Source: Callorhinchus milii (Eukaryota). From it: a stretch of DNA of 64,000 nucleotides. How positions within the stretch are numbered: the stretch's first letter is position 1; the number at the start of each line of letters is the position of its first letter. The position numbers and the translations under genes are program-made. The stretch covers positions 116,500,001 through 116,564,000 of the forward strand of contig NW_024704742.1 of assembly GCF_018977255.1 (NCBI RefSeq). Reading direction: 5' to 3'. The notes under the pieces were generated by a model. That model made no database searches, had not been told where the DNA came from, and saw only the letters and a list, made by a program, of their open reading frames with translations. Shown here piece after piece: positions 25,228-39,225 of the stretch.

Positions 25228-27770
25228 ACAACAACAAAAACAACAACAAACTTACATTTGTAAAGTGCCTTTCATGTCGGGAGAACGTCCCAAGGTGCTG
25301 GACAATCTGTGTTTCGGACCCGAGCTGGGGGTCGGGATAGGGGAGGATGGGGAGCAGTGGTGGTGGGGGGAAGGAGGGTGACTGAAGGCACAGTCGAAGA
25401 GGAGGGTCTAGAAGGAGGCGAGGGAGTGGGCAAGGCGGAGGGACTGTGGGATGGAGTTTCAGAGGGTGGGGGCAGAGTGCAGAAGGCTCGCCTGCCAATT
25501 GAGGTGGGGGACGTGAAGCAGGACAGGGCCCGCTGAGTGGAGGGAGCAGGCAGGTTGGTAGGGGTTTAAAAGGTTGCTGAAGGTGAGGACCAGGATCCAG
25601 AATTGTAACCTCTGTGTGATGGGAAGCAAGTGGAATCGGATGAGGATGGGGTTGCGGAGCCTGGTGCGGGAGAGGACACGGGCTGCAGAGTTCTGGATGA
25701 TCTGCAGCCTATGGAGGGAGGAGTTGGGGAGGCCAACAAGCAAGGAGTTTGCATAGTCAAGCCTGGATGTTATGAATGCGTGTATGAGGGTCTCAGCAGC
25801 CTGGGGTGTGAGACAGTGGCGGAACCGGGTGATGTTGCGGAAGTGGGGGATGGCAGAGTGGGACATGGCATGGATGTGGGGTAGGAAGGAAAGTTGAGGG
25901 TCAAACAAGTCGCCAAGGTTCCGGACTGGCTTAATAAGGTGGAATGTGCATCCTTGGATGGTGATGCTGTCAGTGCCTAGGATGTAGAGGCGCTAACTAG
26001 AGCCAATCCAAAGGGCCTCAGTCTTGTTGACGTTCAACTGTAGAAAGTTAGCTCTCATCCAGGAGTTGCGGAAACTCTGGTCCACGCCTTTATCACCTCA
26101 AGGCTGGACTATGGGAACTCTCTCCTCGCCGGCCTTCCCGGCACCTCCCTCCACAAGCTGCAGGTCATTCAGAACTCTGGAGCTCGTGTACTGTCCCGCA
26201 CCAGGCTTCGGGACCACACCACTCCCACCCTCGCTCGCCTCTACTGGCTCCCCATCTCCCAGAGGATCGAATTCAAGATCCTCATCCTCACCTACAAGGC
26301 CATTCACGGCCTTGCTCCCTCCTACCTCTCCGACCTACTATCCCCCTATCTACCTGCCCGTACCCTCCGTTCCTCTGGCTCTGGTCTGCTCCACATCCCC
26401 CGCCCCAACCGCCCTACCATCGGTGGCCGGGCCTTCAGCCTCTCAGCCCCTAGGCTCTGGAACTCTATCCCCAGTGCCTTCGCCGCCTCCTCCCTTTCCT
26501 CCTTCAAGGCCGGTCTCAAGACCTTTCTCTTTGACCGTGCCTTCAGCTCCCCTCTCGACTCTCTTCCCCTCCTCGCTCCCTCCCTTCCCTCCCCTCATCC
26601 TGACCATTTCCCCCCAATGCTCGGGTCCTGACCCAACTTTACAGCGCCTTGGGACGTCCTCCCGATGTGACAGGCTCTCTATAAATGGAATCTTGTTGTT
26701 GTTGTTGTCGATGTCTGACAGACATTCTGTCAGGACAGCAGTGGTCCTGGAGTTGAGGGTGGAGGCAGAGAGATAGAGTTACGTGTTATCCTCATACGTG
26801 TGGAAATTGACCTCATGTCTGCGGATGATGTCATCAAGAGGGATCATATAGATATTGAAAAGGAGGGGATCACAGACAGCTCTGAGGAACGCCACATGAG
26901 ATGGTCCGGGGCTAGAGGAGAAACCGTTTGTGGTGATGAAGTGGAGACGTAGGATCTGAACCATTCAAGGACAGAACCATAAAGGTTGAGATGAGAGGGA
27001 AGGTGGTGGAGGAGGATAGAGTGACCCGCAGCATCGAACGTAGTAGAGAGGTCAAGGAGGTAAAGGGAGCCCCGGTCGCAGATGGACAAATTGTCATTTG
27101 TCACTTTGACCAAAGCTGCTTCTGTGCTGTGGGTGGCACGGAAACCCAATTTGTGTGGTTCGTGAAGGCAGTGGCGGGAGAGGAAGGAGTGAAGCTGGGA
27201 AGCAACAACTCGCTCCAGGACCTTGGAAAGGAAAGGGAGGATGGAAATAGGGTGGTAGTTTGAGAGCAGGGATGGGTCCAGGGAGGGATTTTTAAGGATA
27301 GGAGTGATGACGATTGTTTTTAGAGGCGTGGAAATGGTGCCAGTGGACAGGGAGAGGTTTATGATGTCTATGAATGGGGGTGGGGGGAGGTGGCGGGGGG
27401 GCAAGGAGGTGGTCGGAAGGGCAAAGGCAGCTGAGTGGATCCCCTTAACTTTGGTTTCGAGCAATTCCAGCATCTCCTAGCAGTGGGTGTTGGAGGAGAG
27501 GATGGGTGAGGTGTGAGAGGGTGGGCCGAGGAGCTGGTTGGTGATGGAGAAACTTGGGGCTGTCCTTGGCCTCCAAGATTTTCTTGGAGTAGAAGGACGA
27601 TTTAGCGGTGGTGAGGACGGAGCAATAAGATTTGATAAGGTCCAGCAAGATCTGCCGAGGGGATTGTTAAGTTAGATTTGAGGCAGGTCCATTCAGCGGC
27701 ATGCACCTGAGCCTTAAGGGAGCAGAGTTGGCTGGTGTACCAGGGTGACTTCCAGGAGTAGGAGACGGTT
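25228..27770 (-). mobile_element. L2 LINE ORF2 (RT) fragment, frameshifted and interrupted by another L2
   Basis: IINLSLSTG...[69 protein letters not shown]; (caa)n tail at 25228. Confidence 0.9.
26065..26708 (+). mobile_element. L2 LINE 3' fragment inserted antisense into the 25228-27770 L2
   Basis: ETLVHAFITSRLDYGNSLL...APRLWNSIP, (ttg)n tail; host sequence resumes at 26709. Confidence 0.85.
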
Positions 27771-28994
27771 CAGGAAGTGAGGGGTTCTTCGTGACATGAA
27801 TAGGCATGGGATCAAGTGTAAGGATTATTATGTTAAATTGCGGCATTACTCATGCCATTAGATATGACTATTCTTTAGATGAGATGTTATACCAAGGTCC
27901 TGTCTGTTAAAGATCCCCTGGCATTATTTGAAAAGGAAAAGGAGTTTTCCTCAGTATCTTGGCTAATAATCTTTCAGGTATAAAATTGGTCATTCGCTTC
28001 ATTGGATGTTTGTGAGACAACGTGGCGTGCAAATTGGCTGCCTATACTTTACAGTAAAATTCAGTGAAGCACTTTGAGACATTTTAACGTGATAAGGCGC
28101 TATATCAAATGCATGGATTATTACAACAACAACAAGATTACATTTATATAGCGCCTTTCACGTCGGGAGGACGTCCCAAGGCGCTGGACAGTGTACAGCA
28201 TTTCAGATTTATTATATTATTATATATTATATCAAATGCAATAAGTTTGTTATTATTAAAGCAGGGTGCTTCTGTGAGTCAGCGGAAGGAGGGAGCAGAA
28301 GAGTGGAGTAGGAAGAGATCTCAGAGTTAAAGACGTACTAGGGTGAAGAGATTTATAGGAGAGGGTGAGGACCTTGAATTCAATCCATTGGAGAAAATGG
28401 GGCCTGGAGTGGACCAGGTTAAAGTCCTGTCTGCCAATTCAGGTGGGAGTTAAAGATCCCTAGGTCTATTTGAAACAGAAGGAAGCTTCTCACAGTGTCT
28501 TTGCCAAAAAAAAACTAAATAAAATTGATCAGTTGGTTCATGACTGTTTGTGGGACATTGCTGTTGACAAACTGGCTGCCAAGTTTGCTTACAAGGTACA
28601 CAGTCATTCCACTTTACAGTGTATCTTGTGAAGCACTTTGAGAAGTCCTTGTGACATGAACAGGGACAAGATCAAGCGTAAGGATTATTACGTTAAATTG
28701 CGGCATTACTCATGCTATTATATGTGACTCACACTTCACATTACCTTTGTATTATATACAACCTGTTAGCAACTCCTTCCAGCATTTCACAATCTGTTAA
28801 TGATCCATTCGCAGCTCTTTTGTATAGGTAGTTAGTGTTTTTTTTATTTTAGCTTCTTTCTAATGATTAAAGTTACTTAATGTTCGGACCAGAGGAAGTG
28901 GAGATATTTAATTTCTCTTTAAGGCAATATGTTCTTGGGCTGGTTATTCTTATTCTCCTCTATACTATTTCTTGTTCTCCTCTATTCTCTTTAA

Positions 28995-30001
28995 TATCTA
29001 CATGCTCCCCTTTGGTGACATCATCCGTAGACATGGGGTCAACTTCCACATGTAATGCAGATGACACCCAACTCTATATTCTGCCTCCACCCTCAACTCC
29101 AGGACCACTGCTGTCCTGTCGGACATCAAGTCCTGGATGAGGGCAAATTTCCTACAGTTGAATGTGAACAAGACTGAGGCCCTCCTGATTGGCTCGCGCC
29201 AGCGCCTCAGCACCTCAGGCTCTGGCAACATCAACCTCCATGGTTGCACACTCCAACTCACCGCCAGTCAAGAACCTAGGTGTCTTGTTCGACCCTCAAC
29301 TGTCTTTTCTCCCCCACATTCAAGCCATGACCCGCTCTGCCTTCCCTCACCTCCGTAATATCACCCGACTCTGCCACTACCTCACCCCTCAGGCCCCTGA
29401 AACTCAGGTTCATGCCTTCATCACCTCCAGGCTCGACTATGCAAATGTCCTGCTTGTCGGCCTTCCCAATTCCTCCCTCCTCAGGCTGCAGATAATCCAG
29501 AACCCATGTCCTCTCCCGCACCAAACTCCACGACCCCATCTCCCCCATTCTCGCCCGACTCCATTGGCTCCCTACTCTTCAGAGGATCCAGTTCAAGATC
29601 CTGGTCCTCACCTACAAAGCCCTCCATGGCCTCGCCCCACCCTACCTCTGCAGCCTCCTAACCCTCTACCAACCCATCCATTCCCTTCGCTCAGCCGGCT
29701 CTGGTCTGCTCCACATCCCCCAACCCACCCGCCCCACCATTGGCGGGAGAGCCTTCAGCCACTCTGCCCCAACCTCTGGAATTCCATCCCCCATTCCTCC
29801 GCCTTGCCCCCTCCTTAGCCTCCATCAAGTCCCGCCTCAAGATTCTCCTCTTCGACCATGCCATTGGCCACCCCCCCTTCCCCTCCCCTCCCTTCCCCCC
29901 CCAATCCCAGCTCGGGTCTGAAATGCTGTACACTGTCCAGCGCCTTGGGACATCCTCCTGACATGAAACACGTTATACAAATGTAATCTTGTTGTTGTTG
30001 T
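28995..30001 (+). mobile_element. L2 LINE 3' portion
   Basis: ADDTQLY, NFLQLNVNKTE, FITSRLDYAN motifs; (ttg)n tail. Confidence 0.9.
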
Positions 30002-30079
30002 ACTATGAAAAGTTTGTTATGGCTCAATTGATTAGTTCTGATAGTCACATTGGAAATGTCCAGCTAACATATGTTTTTG

Positions 30080-30320
30080 GTGAATATGTTTGGTCTGATA
30101 ATGTGGAAAACCATCACCATGCTTACAAGTATGACTTGTAAGTAAAACCAGACTGAGTGTTCGCATATGTATGTGACCTATACGTGGAAAATTCCCTATG
30201 TCTGGAATGGAATCCACACATTCCCCTGGGAGGTAGCATCCTGCTTACCTAATTCCAGAGAATATTAGGTGCAGATTGGCAAGAGCAAAGGCTTCGGGTC
30301 ACTTGTGTTGGGGTACTGTT
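30080..30320. repeat. Unclassified dispersed repeat, copy 2
   Basis: gaaaaccatcaccatgcttac...gactgag...ggaatggaat...ggcaagagcaaagg, similar to 13790-14070 and 49420-49650. Confidence 0.55.
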
Positions 30321-32409
30321 GGAATTTAACCAGCTAAAACCATATAACTTGCCATTGAAAGAACTCTCTGGCAAACTATACACCTCATGTCCATCTAGGA
30401 CCACCATACCAATTAGGACTTTGGCTTGCTGGGTTAACAGGAGCTGGGTGGGAAGAATCCTTGCTTCCAGCTCCCAGTGGGTTTACCCCTCCAAATCCTG
30501 CTGAGGAGGTCAGCTGGCTGGTCGGTCATCAGCAGTGAATTGGAGTATTGCAGAACTATTTGGCTCAGGATCCAGACTACTGAGACCACAGAGGATTGAC
30601 CCAATTTTGACATTCCATTGCCTGGCATGCCACCTCAAGCAGCTCAGGGGGACAGGGCAATAATATTGTCAGGATTATCTTGGACACAATACAGTGCCGT
30701 ATTAGAGAGCATTCCCTGTATTCAGTGTCTGTTATTCTGATGAAGACACCTTAGATAAATAAACTAGGATTTAGAAGATCTAGCTAGGAATTTACTAAAA
30801 TTATTAAAACACAAGCTGTACATTTAAAAGTAAGTAGCTGGCAAAGCATAAAAGCTGCACTGTTGTGTGTGTATAAAAGTTTAAGCTCTAGACATAAATA
30901 TATGTTTGTATCTGTCTGGCTCCATCTGGGTTATAAATAGTTGTTTAATAGGTTTATGCCATTTCCTCCAAAATTGTACGAGTGTTTCTGGAGCAAGAGT
31001 TTCTATCAACACATTTTTTTAGTCCGAATTAGTGTTTACTTTACACACCATGATCTGGTTACAATGACTTGTTGGAAGAATCACAGTCATGCAGTTAGGA
31101 TCTCACATGTGGTACATCACTGAGGTTCCTGTATTGTGCTTAAGGTAGTTGTGAGTGTATTATTTTCTGAGTTTGAAGGGTATTTACCATATTGGACGGA
31201 GACATAACCCCTAACTCTAAATATTTGAAGAATCCTTACTTTACGTGTTGCATAAATTAATGAATAAATTTATCCTTCACTTGAAATTCTGCTTCACAAG
31301 TTTCAAGCAAGAAAACAGTGGAGAATGTGAGGTCTCTAGAATGCACAATACCTAAAATCTAATATATTAAAATATTGATTTTGGGGTTAAATAAAAAAAT
31401 CGCATTGATGTTTTATTTTAATGTACAAACATAAGAAACAATAAAGACTGTAAACCTAAAGCAAGCTTTGAAATGCAAATAATGTCTCTTTAGTCTATTT
31501 AAAACCTAACAAAAGGCAATACTTTTTGATTCAGGAATGAGGGTTATTGTATTTCCCAACAGTTATTTTTCCTCTTATTTTGCCTCTACAGGCTTAGCAT
31601 GGTCATATTTGCAGTTAAACTGGGCAGGAAGAATAATCTGGGTTAATAGCCTCCTCTATTATTGCCACCAGTGTAATGACATAATCCCCAGACAGAAATG
31701 TATTTGAAATGGCAGGGGAGCTATACAATATTAGATCTTTTTTTCAAGTTTCGGCATTATTGCACCGTCAAGACATATCCAGTCCCCTGAAGAAACGCAT
31801 AGTTCCTGTAAAGTGCTTTTTGACATGGCAAGGTGCTATCACAATACAAATCCTTAATTATTATTAAGGATTATTAATATTATTTGATTTAGCACCTATG
31901 AAGAAATATCTCAAAGAGCTTCACAAGTAATTGCTTTGATATGTAGTGACTGTGCATTTATAGCTATTTTGCATACCGAAAGGTCCTAAAATAGTCATGA
32001 AATGAACAATGAATTTGTCTGTACGATTTTAGTCCACAATATCAAGAGAAATTCCTCTCTCTTTTCAAATACTGATTTAATGTTTTTAAATGTCCACCCA
32101 AACAGGTAGAAAAGACTTTGGTTTAACATTGCATCTGAAGGATGATCCCTCCAGTAATACAGTGCTTCCTCCAGTTCTGCACAGCCACCCTAGACTGAGC
32201 TCAAGTCCCAACATGGGTTCAAAGGTTCAAGGTTCAAAGAAAGCAATTTACATAGGAATGTAGGATTGTACAGAACTGGAAAAGAAAACTGCAGTCTATC
32301 TAAAGTAAACCCCCCAAAAAATCAAAAGACAAGCTTTTTTTCTTCATTGGATATGTAAAACCACAAACGTTATAAATAAGCCACATGCCTACTTGGTCTG
32401 TTTTGTAGG

Positions 32410-32645
32410 AGCTGGTAGTGGTTATAGCCTGCAGTCTTGGCTGGTAACTAAACAATTAAACTCAGAAATGTCTGCTAAGGAATGATATAAAGAAGCATAT
32501 TGTTCTGCTTGAGGACAGTTGAAAGAGCCTTTGGCACACTGATGATGTATTTCAGATGGCTTGACCAATTTGGTAATACGTTACAGTTTAGTCCTCAGAA
32601 TGTAAGCCAAATATTTCTGCAATGCTTTATCTACAACTTTCTTAC
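32410..32645 (+). mobile_element. PIF/Harbinger (HARBI1-like) transposase remnant
   Basis: GSGYSLQSWL followed by RTVERAFGTLMMYFRWLDQFGNTLQFSPQNVSQIF...YNF matches the Harbinger GDSGY..WL / VERxFGxLKxRFRCLD..GGxLQYSP..V..I...LHN pattern. Confidence 0.75.
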
Positions 32646-34067
32646 TTCCTGCATAAATGTTGTTGTTGTTCCAGGGGATGATTCAAATGTTTATCCGCAT
32701 CAAGCAGCTGAATTCCATATGTTTGCTATGACATGTGTAGCACCAAATAGGATCTTGATCATTGTGCAGAAATAATAAGGTAACATTTTCATTTTGGACT
32801 AAATTTATGTCCATCAAGGTGAACATCGTTATTTCTGAAGAGTGGGGAGTTTCCACTTTATGCCATTCAGGTTAGGTGCAGCACAGATTAAACTCAGATT
32901 TAAGGTCTCCCTACATTGCTCAACTGTCGGGTCTAATTTGCAGCACTTCCTGACACGGAATTGCAATTCACATTCGCCCATAAGGAATTTTCTCTAGAAG
33001 CAAATCAGTATGAAGAACAGTTCCCAGGATTTCAGGGTAATGTACTACTGGTTACCGGGAGTCCCCAGTTCCATGATTCAGGATTCCTATTGAAGAATTA
33101 TGTTAAGTAATACTGTAAATTAGAGTCTCAATGTCTTATTCCCTCTCCCTCCGCTTCAAAAGACTGCTCCCTATTATACCAGTGTGACATTTCCCACATC
33201 AAGCTCCTGGATGACCTCTTTAGGACACTGATGGTTTAATGCAGGTCTGTGGATTTCGATCGACTACCAAAGAGGAATTGGATTAAGATTGCCCTGAACT
33301 CATATCACCTTTAACTCATACAGATGTCAAATGTCAGGACCTCTCATCCTATTTTTTTGATCTGAAGTTGAATGTTAATGCAAGCAAATGATAGAACATT
33401 TTTTTAAACTGTTCTTATGAAGTAGCATCATAACTAATAGTATTTGGAATCATTTTGAGGCCTTACATTTGTTTTAATAATTATAATTCTTGCATTAGAT
33501 TTAGTTCAAATTTTCAAGTCATCTCAAAGTGCTTCACAGGATATAATAATAATCCTTACATTTGATATAGTGCCTTATCACATCTTCGAGACGTCTCAAA
33601 GCGCTTCATAGAATATACTGTAAAGTGAATTGATTGTAAATGTTGTGACTGTGTATTTTGTGGGCCAAACAACAGCCAATTTGAGCACAGCAATGTCCTA
33701 CAAATAGCCATGGAGCAAGTGACCAATTTTGTTTGGGAATTATTAGCCAGGAGAACTTCCCTTCTTTTTTCAAAGCCATGGAATCTTTAACATCCATCTG
33801 GATAGGCAGATGAGACCTTGATTTAACATTTCATCTGAAGGACGGCACCTACAATACATAATTGGAATATCAGCATAGATTATATGGGTTCCAAGTCCCA
33901 AATAGGACCTTAAAAAGCACCCTATACATGTGGTAGTATCTCAAAGTGCTCAGTCTATTTAGCTAAGTATCATCATTACCAGTCATTAATATTCTCATAG
34001 AAATAAGGTAAAGCAGACTGTGAAGTAGGAATTACAGATAAGCAAAATATTTAGGGTCATAATAGAT

Positions 34068-34437
34068 CATCCTCTAGCTCAGTGGTTAGAGCACTTGCCT
34101 TGCAAGTGAGAGACCTGGGTTTGATTCCCGGAACAGCAAAACGTTGGGTAAGTTTCCTTACTCCACAAGCCCCTGTTTACCCAGCAGTAAGTAGGACTCA
34201 ATTGTTAATCGATTGGCGGATCGCTTTTGTGGGGTGTAGTAATTCCTTCAAAAAAATTAATAAATTGGTTCACTCAATCCACGACTGTTTGTGGGAAACT
34301 GCGCGCAATTGGCTGCCACGTTTCTCCCACAAAATATACAGTCAATTCACTTTACAGTATATTCTGTGAGGAGCTTTGAGACGTCTAGAAGACGTGAAAA
34401 GCACTATAACAAATGCAAAGAATATCATTATTATTAT
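34068..34437 (+). mobile_element. tRNA-derived SINE
   Basis: tagctcagtggttagagcac...gggtttgattccc head; L2-like tail with (att)n. Confidence 0.8.
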
Positions 34438-35989
34438 TTGTGGAGCATTACAGTGTAATAAGGGTAGTTGTCAGACATTCTGGAGCTGTAAGTGTGATAG
34501 CTTTGAACTGACCTGCTGCATTGTTTTGTCTCTATCGGTTAAAGACCAATAGAGACAAAAGGGTAGAGTTAGGGAGTTCCAGAGATTAGGGGTTGATGTT
34601 ATTTTGTAGCTTCCAAGCTTAGGTTTCATATTGATATGATGTTGGGATGGAAAAGTGGAAAATGCTTTCCAGCACACTATTGTGGAATTTATCCAGCTGA
34701 TTTCTACAAATCTACCACTATAGTATACCATAATGGGCATAATTTTTGTACCTAGTGAGATTAATTTAAGTAATGTGATTTGTAGATTTGGTTAACATAA
34801 ATTGCAAACCCCTGAAGTATATCCAGATTTGATTATTCTCCATTTCTTTTTAATTTGCACCTCTCTGGGACAATAAGAGTTAAGAATAATCCAATTAATG
34901 TTGTCAAGTGTTAAATCTAAACAAAAGAACAAAAGGTTAATGAAACGCAAATTTCAGAAGCCACCAGATTGTGTGCATGTGTCGCCTGGCATTGTTGTTA
35001 TGTTGCTGCTCTGATTTTACTGCTCGAACTTCCCATTAATCATAGGCTGTAAAGAGCATTTGAATCATTGTCTTGTAACCCTCATACTAACTTGTAATAT
35101 GACACAGAGTCTATCTTGTGATTTCAATAGTAATAAAAACGTTTCTGAAGTATCTGTTCATGACTGGTAAGGCTGCTTTATAAAACATAAGGATTATTTA
35201 TGGCATACTCCACAATACAATTTACAGTTAGGTAGCGCCTTTCGTTTTGGGAGGAAGTCTCAAAGCGCTTCACACAGACTGCGCACATAAGCGCGGTAGA
35301 AGAGGGGGGGAGGGAGCGAGGGGGTGGGAGTGGGCAACAGAAGAGGGTGGGAGCAGAAAAGATGACCAAACCGCAGTCAAAGACTTAAGTCTTATCGGGT
35401 TTTAAAGATAGGGAGGGGGTAAGGAGAAGGGGCTCTGGGATGGAGTTTGGGGAACAGGGCAGAGATTAGGGTTGTAGTGTCTGAAAGCACCGCCACCTCA
35501 TTCTACCTCAGCCTCCAGCCCTGCCCACCTCTCAAACCTCTCCATCTATATACACTTTGATCGCACTTACTTTCCATGAAAAACATTCCCTCTCATGTGG
35601 GCACTGATGCTGTGTGTAATCTGCTGTATTAATCTATGAAACGCTGCTTTGAAAAAAATGTACAAAAAAGCAATGTTGGGTCCACTAATCATGAGTTGTT
35701 CAGTACTCCTACTGCAATTGTATAGTGCAGGAGTGCCCCCTGGTGCTGTACCTGAAAAATTCATCACATTGTAATAAAAATAGTTTTTCTGAGCTGCAGT
35801 AAACCGATTTCCAAAAGAGGACTGAATTTAAGAATTTTCCACAATTTTACGCAATCTTAAATTTTAAGATAACATGGTTTTACAGGCGAAAAACAGGTGA
35901 AATTTGGGCCCCTGAATATGGTTTCAAACAAAAAGAAGGAAGTTAAATGTATTTTCCCAGAGGCAAAATTGTTTAAGGGTGTGAACATT

Positions 35990-36973
35990 GGGTCAGCTTC
36001 CACATGTATGCGGATGACACCCAACTCTACCTCTCTGCCTCCACTCTTGACTCCAGGACCACTGCTGTCCTGACAGAATGTCTGTCAGACATCAAGTCCT
36101 GGATGAGAGCAAACTTTTTTCTGTTCAACGCCAACAAGACCGAGGCTCTCCTGATTGGCTCTCATCAGCGCCTCCACAGCTCAGACGCTGACAGCATCAC
36201 CATACATGGATGCACACTATACCTTGCTAAGCCAGTCTGGAACCTGGGGTCTTGTTTGACCCTCATCTATCCTTTATACCCCACATCTGCGCCATGACCC
36301 GCTCTGCCTTCCCCACCTCCGCAACATTGCCCAGCTCCGCCAGTCTCACACTGCAGGCCGCTGAAACCCTCATACATGTTTTCATTACATCAAGGCTTGA
36401 CGATGCAAACCCATTGCTTGTCGCCCTCCCCAACTCCTCCCTCCATAGACTGCAGATCATCCAGAACTCTGCAGCCCACATCCTCTCCTGCACCAGGCTC
36501 CGTAACCCTATCATCCCCATCCTCGCGACTCCACTGGCTTCCCATCACAGAGGATACAGTTCAAGATCCTAATCCTCACCTTCAAAGCCCTCCATGATCT
36601 TGCTCCCCCCTACCTCTGTGACCTCCCAATCCCCTACCATCCTGTTCGCTCCCTATGCTCAGCGGGCTCCGGGCTTGCTTCACGTCCCCCACCTCGCTCA
36701 CCCTATTATTAGCGGGCGAGCCTTCTGCCACTCTGCCCCCACCCTCTGGAACTCCATCCCTCTCACTCCGCCTCGTCCCCTCTCTTGCCTCCTTCAAGAC
36801 CATCTCAAGACCCTCTTCTTCGACCATGCTTTTGATCTCCCTACTTCCCCCCTACCCTCCACCCTCCCCAACCCCGACCCCCAGCTCGGGTCCCGAACTC
36901 TGTCTATCCAGCACCTTGGGACGTCCTCCCAATCTGAAAGGCGCTTTACAAATGTAAGATTGTTGTTGTTGTT
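35990..36973 (+). mobile_element. L2 LINE 3' portion
   Basis: [29 protein letters not shown]; (ttg)n tail. Confidence 0.9.
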
Positions 36974-37249
36974 GCGAACTATCACCACTGCAACACACCC
37001 GTAGGTGTAACATAGGCAGAAGTCTAACAATGGTCACTGTTAAGGCAGTTCTGCTTTAAACTTGGTTTGGGTGGTGGCTTTACCAAATTATAGTGCTATT
37101 TTATTAGGTATGATAGACTGACTTTAAATTAAGTGTTTTGTAAACCTTTTTGGGCGGAGGGGCGGAGAGGGAAGAAATTGCATTGTGTTTTCAGATGACC
37201 TGGCAGGTTTCTGCCCGATATTGCGATCAGGATAGACTAGTTAGATTTT

Positions 37250-37400
37250 GTTAGAGAAGAGACATTTAAGATGGAACCTAATAGAGGTATTTCAATTCAT
37301 GAAAAGGTTCAATGGGCTGTTTCACTACTTCACGCAGAGGGCAGTGAGATTGTGGAACTCACTGCCTGAAATGGTGGTTGAATCAGATAGTATAGATCAG
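37250..37400 (+). mobile_element. CR1 LINE 3' remnant
   Basis: ctaatagaggtatttcaattcatgaaagg and ttcacgcagagggcagtgagattgtggaactcactgcc (FTQRAVRLWNSLP). Confidence 0.6.
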
Positions 37401-38383
37401 TGATTGCCAATACTTCTGAATATTATGATTGAATATTTCTTGATTTATGGCAATAATCAAAACATATTCAATCAAGAAAATGAATTTTGTTAGTTGACCA
37501 TAACATTCAAGAGGAAGCTAGATTTTGAGGGAGAGAGGGAGAGGGGAATAGAAGGGTATAGGAGGGAGAAAAGGCAGGGCTTGATTAAAGGATCTGGGGC
37601 CCTAAACCAGATCACATTTGGGGGCGCTTTGTACTATGCATCCAACCGGGGTGGTGATGGACGATTAGTGGCGTCACCTTCCTGCTGCTCTCCGCGCTGT
37701 CTCTCACAAGGTTGTGTGGGGCACAGAGCAGCGTGGAGAGGGTCTGGAAGAACGGCGGAGGGGGAGATATGAGTCATGAGGTGAATGGTAATTCTCCTCA
37801 AGGAGTGGGGGAGGGGGGGGCAATAGATCATCCCACCCCTCAAGAATGAGGGGAAAATGGACCACTAAGGGAATAAGTAGGCTGTGGACCAGCTGCCCTC
37901 CTGCCCAATGAAGAGGGCAATCAACCACCTCTGCCCTCAGAGAATGAGGGGGGCAATTTCCATGCCCAGGAAAGGGGTAATAATTTCGAGCACCCCCATC
38001 CCAGAGGCAGAGATGAGGTTGGAGAAGGGGGTAATTAGAGCCCCAGGGAGAGGGCAATAAATCGTGTGGGGGATGGGAGCGGGAGAGGAACGAGAGCCAC
38101 CAGCCACTAACTGGAGCATTTTCAGGTAATCGGAACAGCTTTCTGGTTCCCTCCCTCACCCTACCTGTCTCTTAAATGGCTCTCTCCACACTACCCCTCA
38201 CAAGGTTGTTCAAAGCAATGAGGCACACGGAGGTAAAGCCACCAACCATATCCAGGTCCCCCTCAGACCTCTAAAGCATAGTTCACCTGGTTTATTGAAA
38301 AAGAGACAAAGGGACAGAAAGAAACAGGAAGCTAGAAAAGATGAACAGTCTGACACAAAGACTTCTATTTTTGAAGAATTTCA

Positions 38384-38705
38384 ATAATAATAATAATCCT
38401 TGCATTTGATATAGTGCCTTTCACGTCGGGAGGACGTCCCTAAGTGCTTCACAGAACACACTGTAAAGTGAATTGACTGTATATTTGTGGGCGAACGCGG
38501 CAGCCAATTGCGCACAGCAGTGTCCCACAAACAGTCGTAGATTGAAAATGACCAATTTATTATTGTTTTGTTTTGGAGGGATTATTATTAGGCTCTGTGT
38601 GGAGTAAGAAAACTTGCCCAAGGTTTCGCCCTGACCTGCCTGGAATTGAACTCAGGTCTCTCGCTTGCAAAGCGAGTGCTCTAACCACTGAGCTGCAGGA
38701 CTCCA
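38384..38705 (-). mobile_element. Young tRNA-derived SINE
   Basis: Near-identical to 8437-8756. Confidence 0.85.
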
Positions 38706-39225
38706 TTTTGCCTTCATGTCTCCAAGTGCTGAAGTCCACCTTCGATGATGCTGAGTTTGTATATTTCAGCTTTCTGTGTTTTCGATTCTGTAATGTTTGA
38801 GTAAGGAAGTTTGGTTTAGGCACATGACCAGTCTTGTGAGTGCTATTGCACTGCTCTTAAGGCCACACCTATCATTTCTGGTGCACTGTGAATGTCATTA
38901 AAGGGGAAGGAAAATACAAAGAACTTTCCGTTTAAAGTAATTCCTGCTTTATTTTGAGGGCCGGAGTGATGTTAATCAGGTCTAATATGTCTAATATGTA
39001 TAATTAATGAAATCTGAAAAGCGTATATCAAAAGCAATGATTATTATTATTATAGCTAAAGCATTGAAATGTACCAAAGAATATTTCCTAATGTATATAC
39101 AAATGTAATTTGTTGTTGTTTAGTATTTTTAACAGGTGTCTTAAGAAGAAATGGGTACTTATCCAATTCTAGAACCATAGAAATTTATGGCACAGAAAAA
39201 GGTCATTTGGCCCATCGTGTATGTG

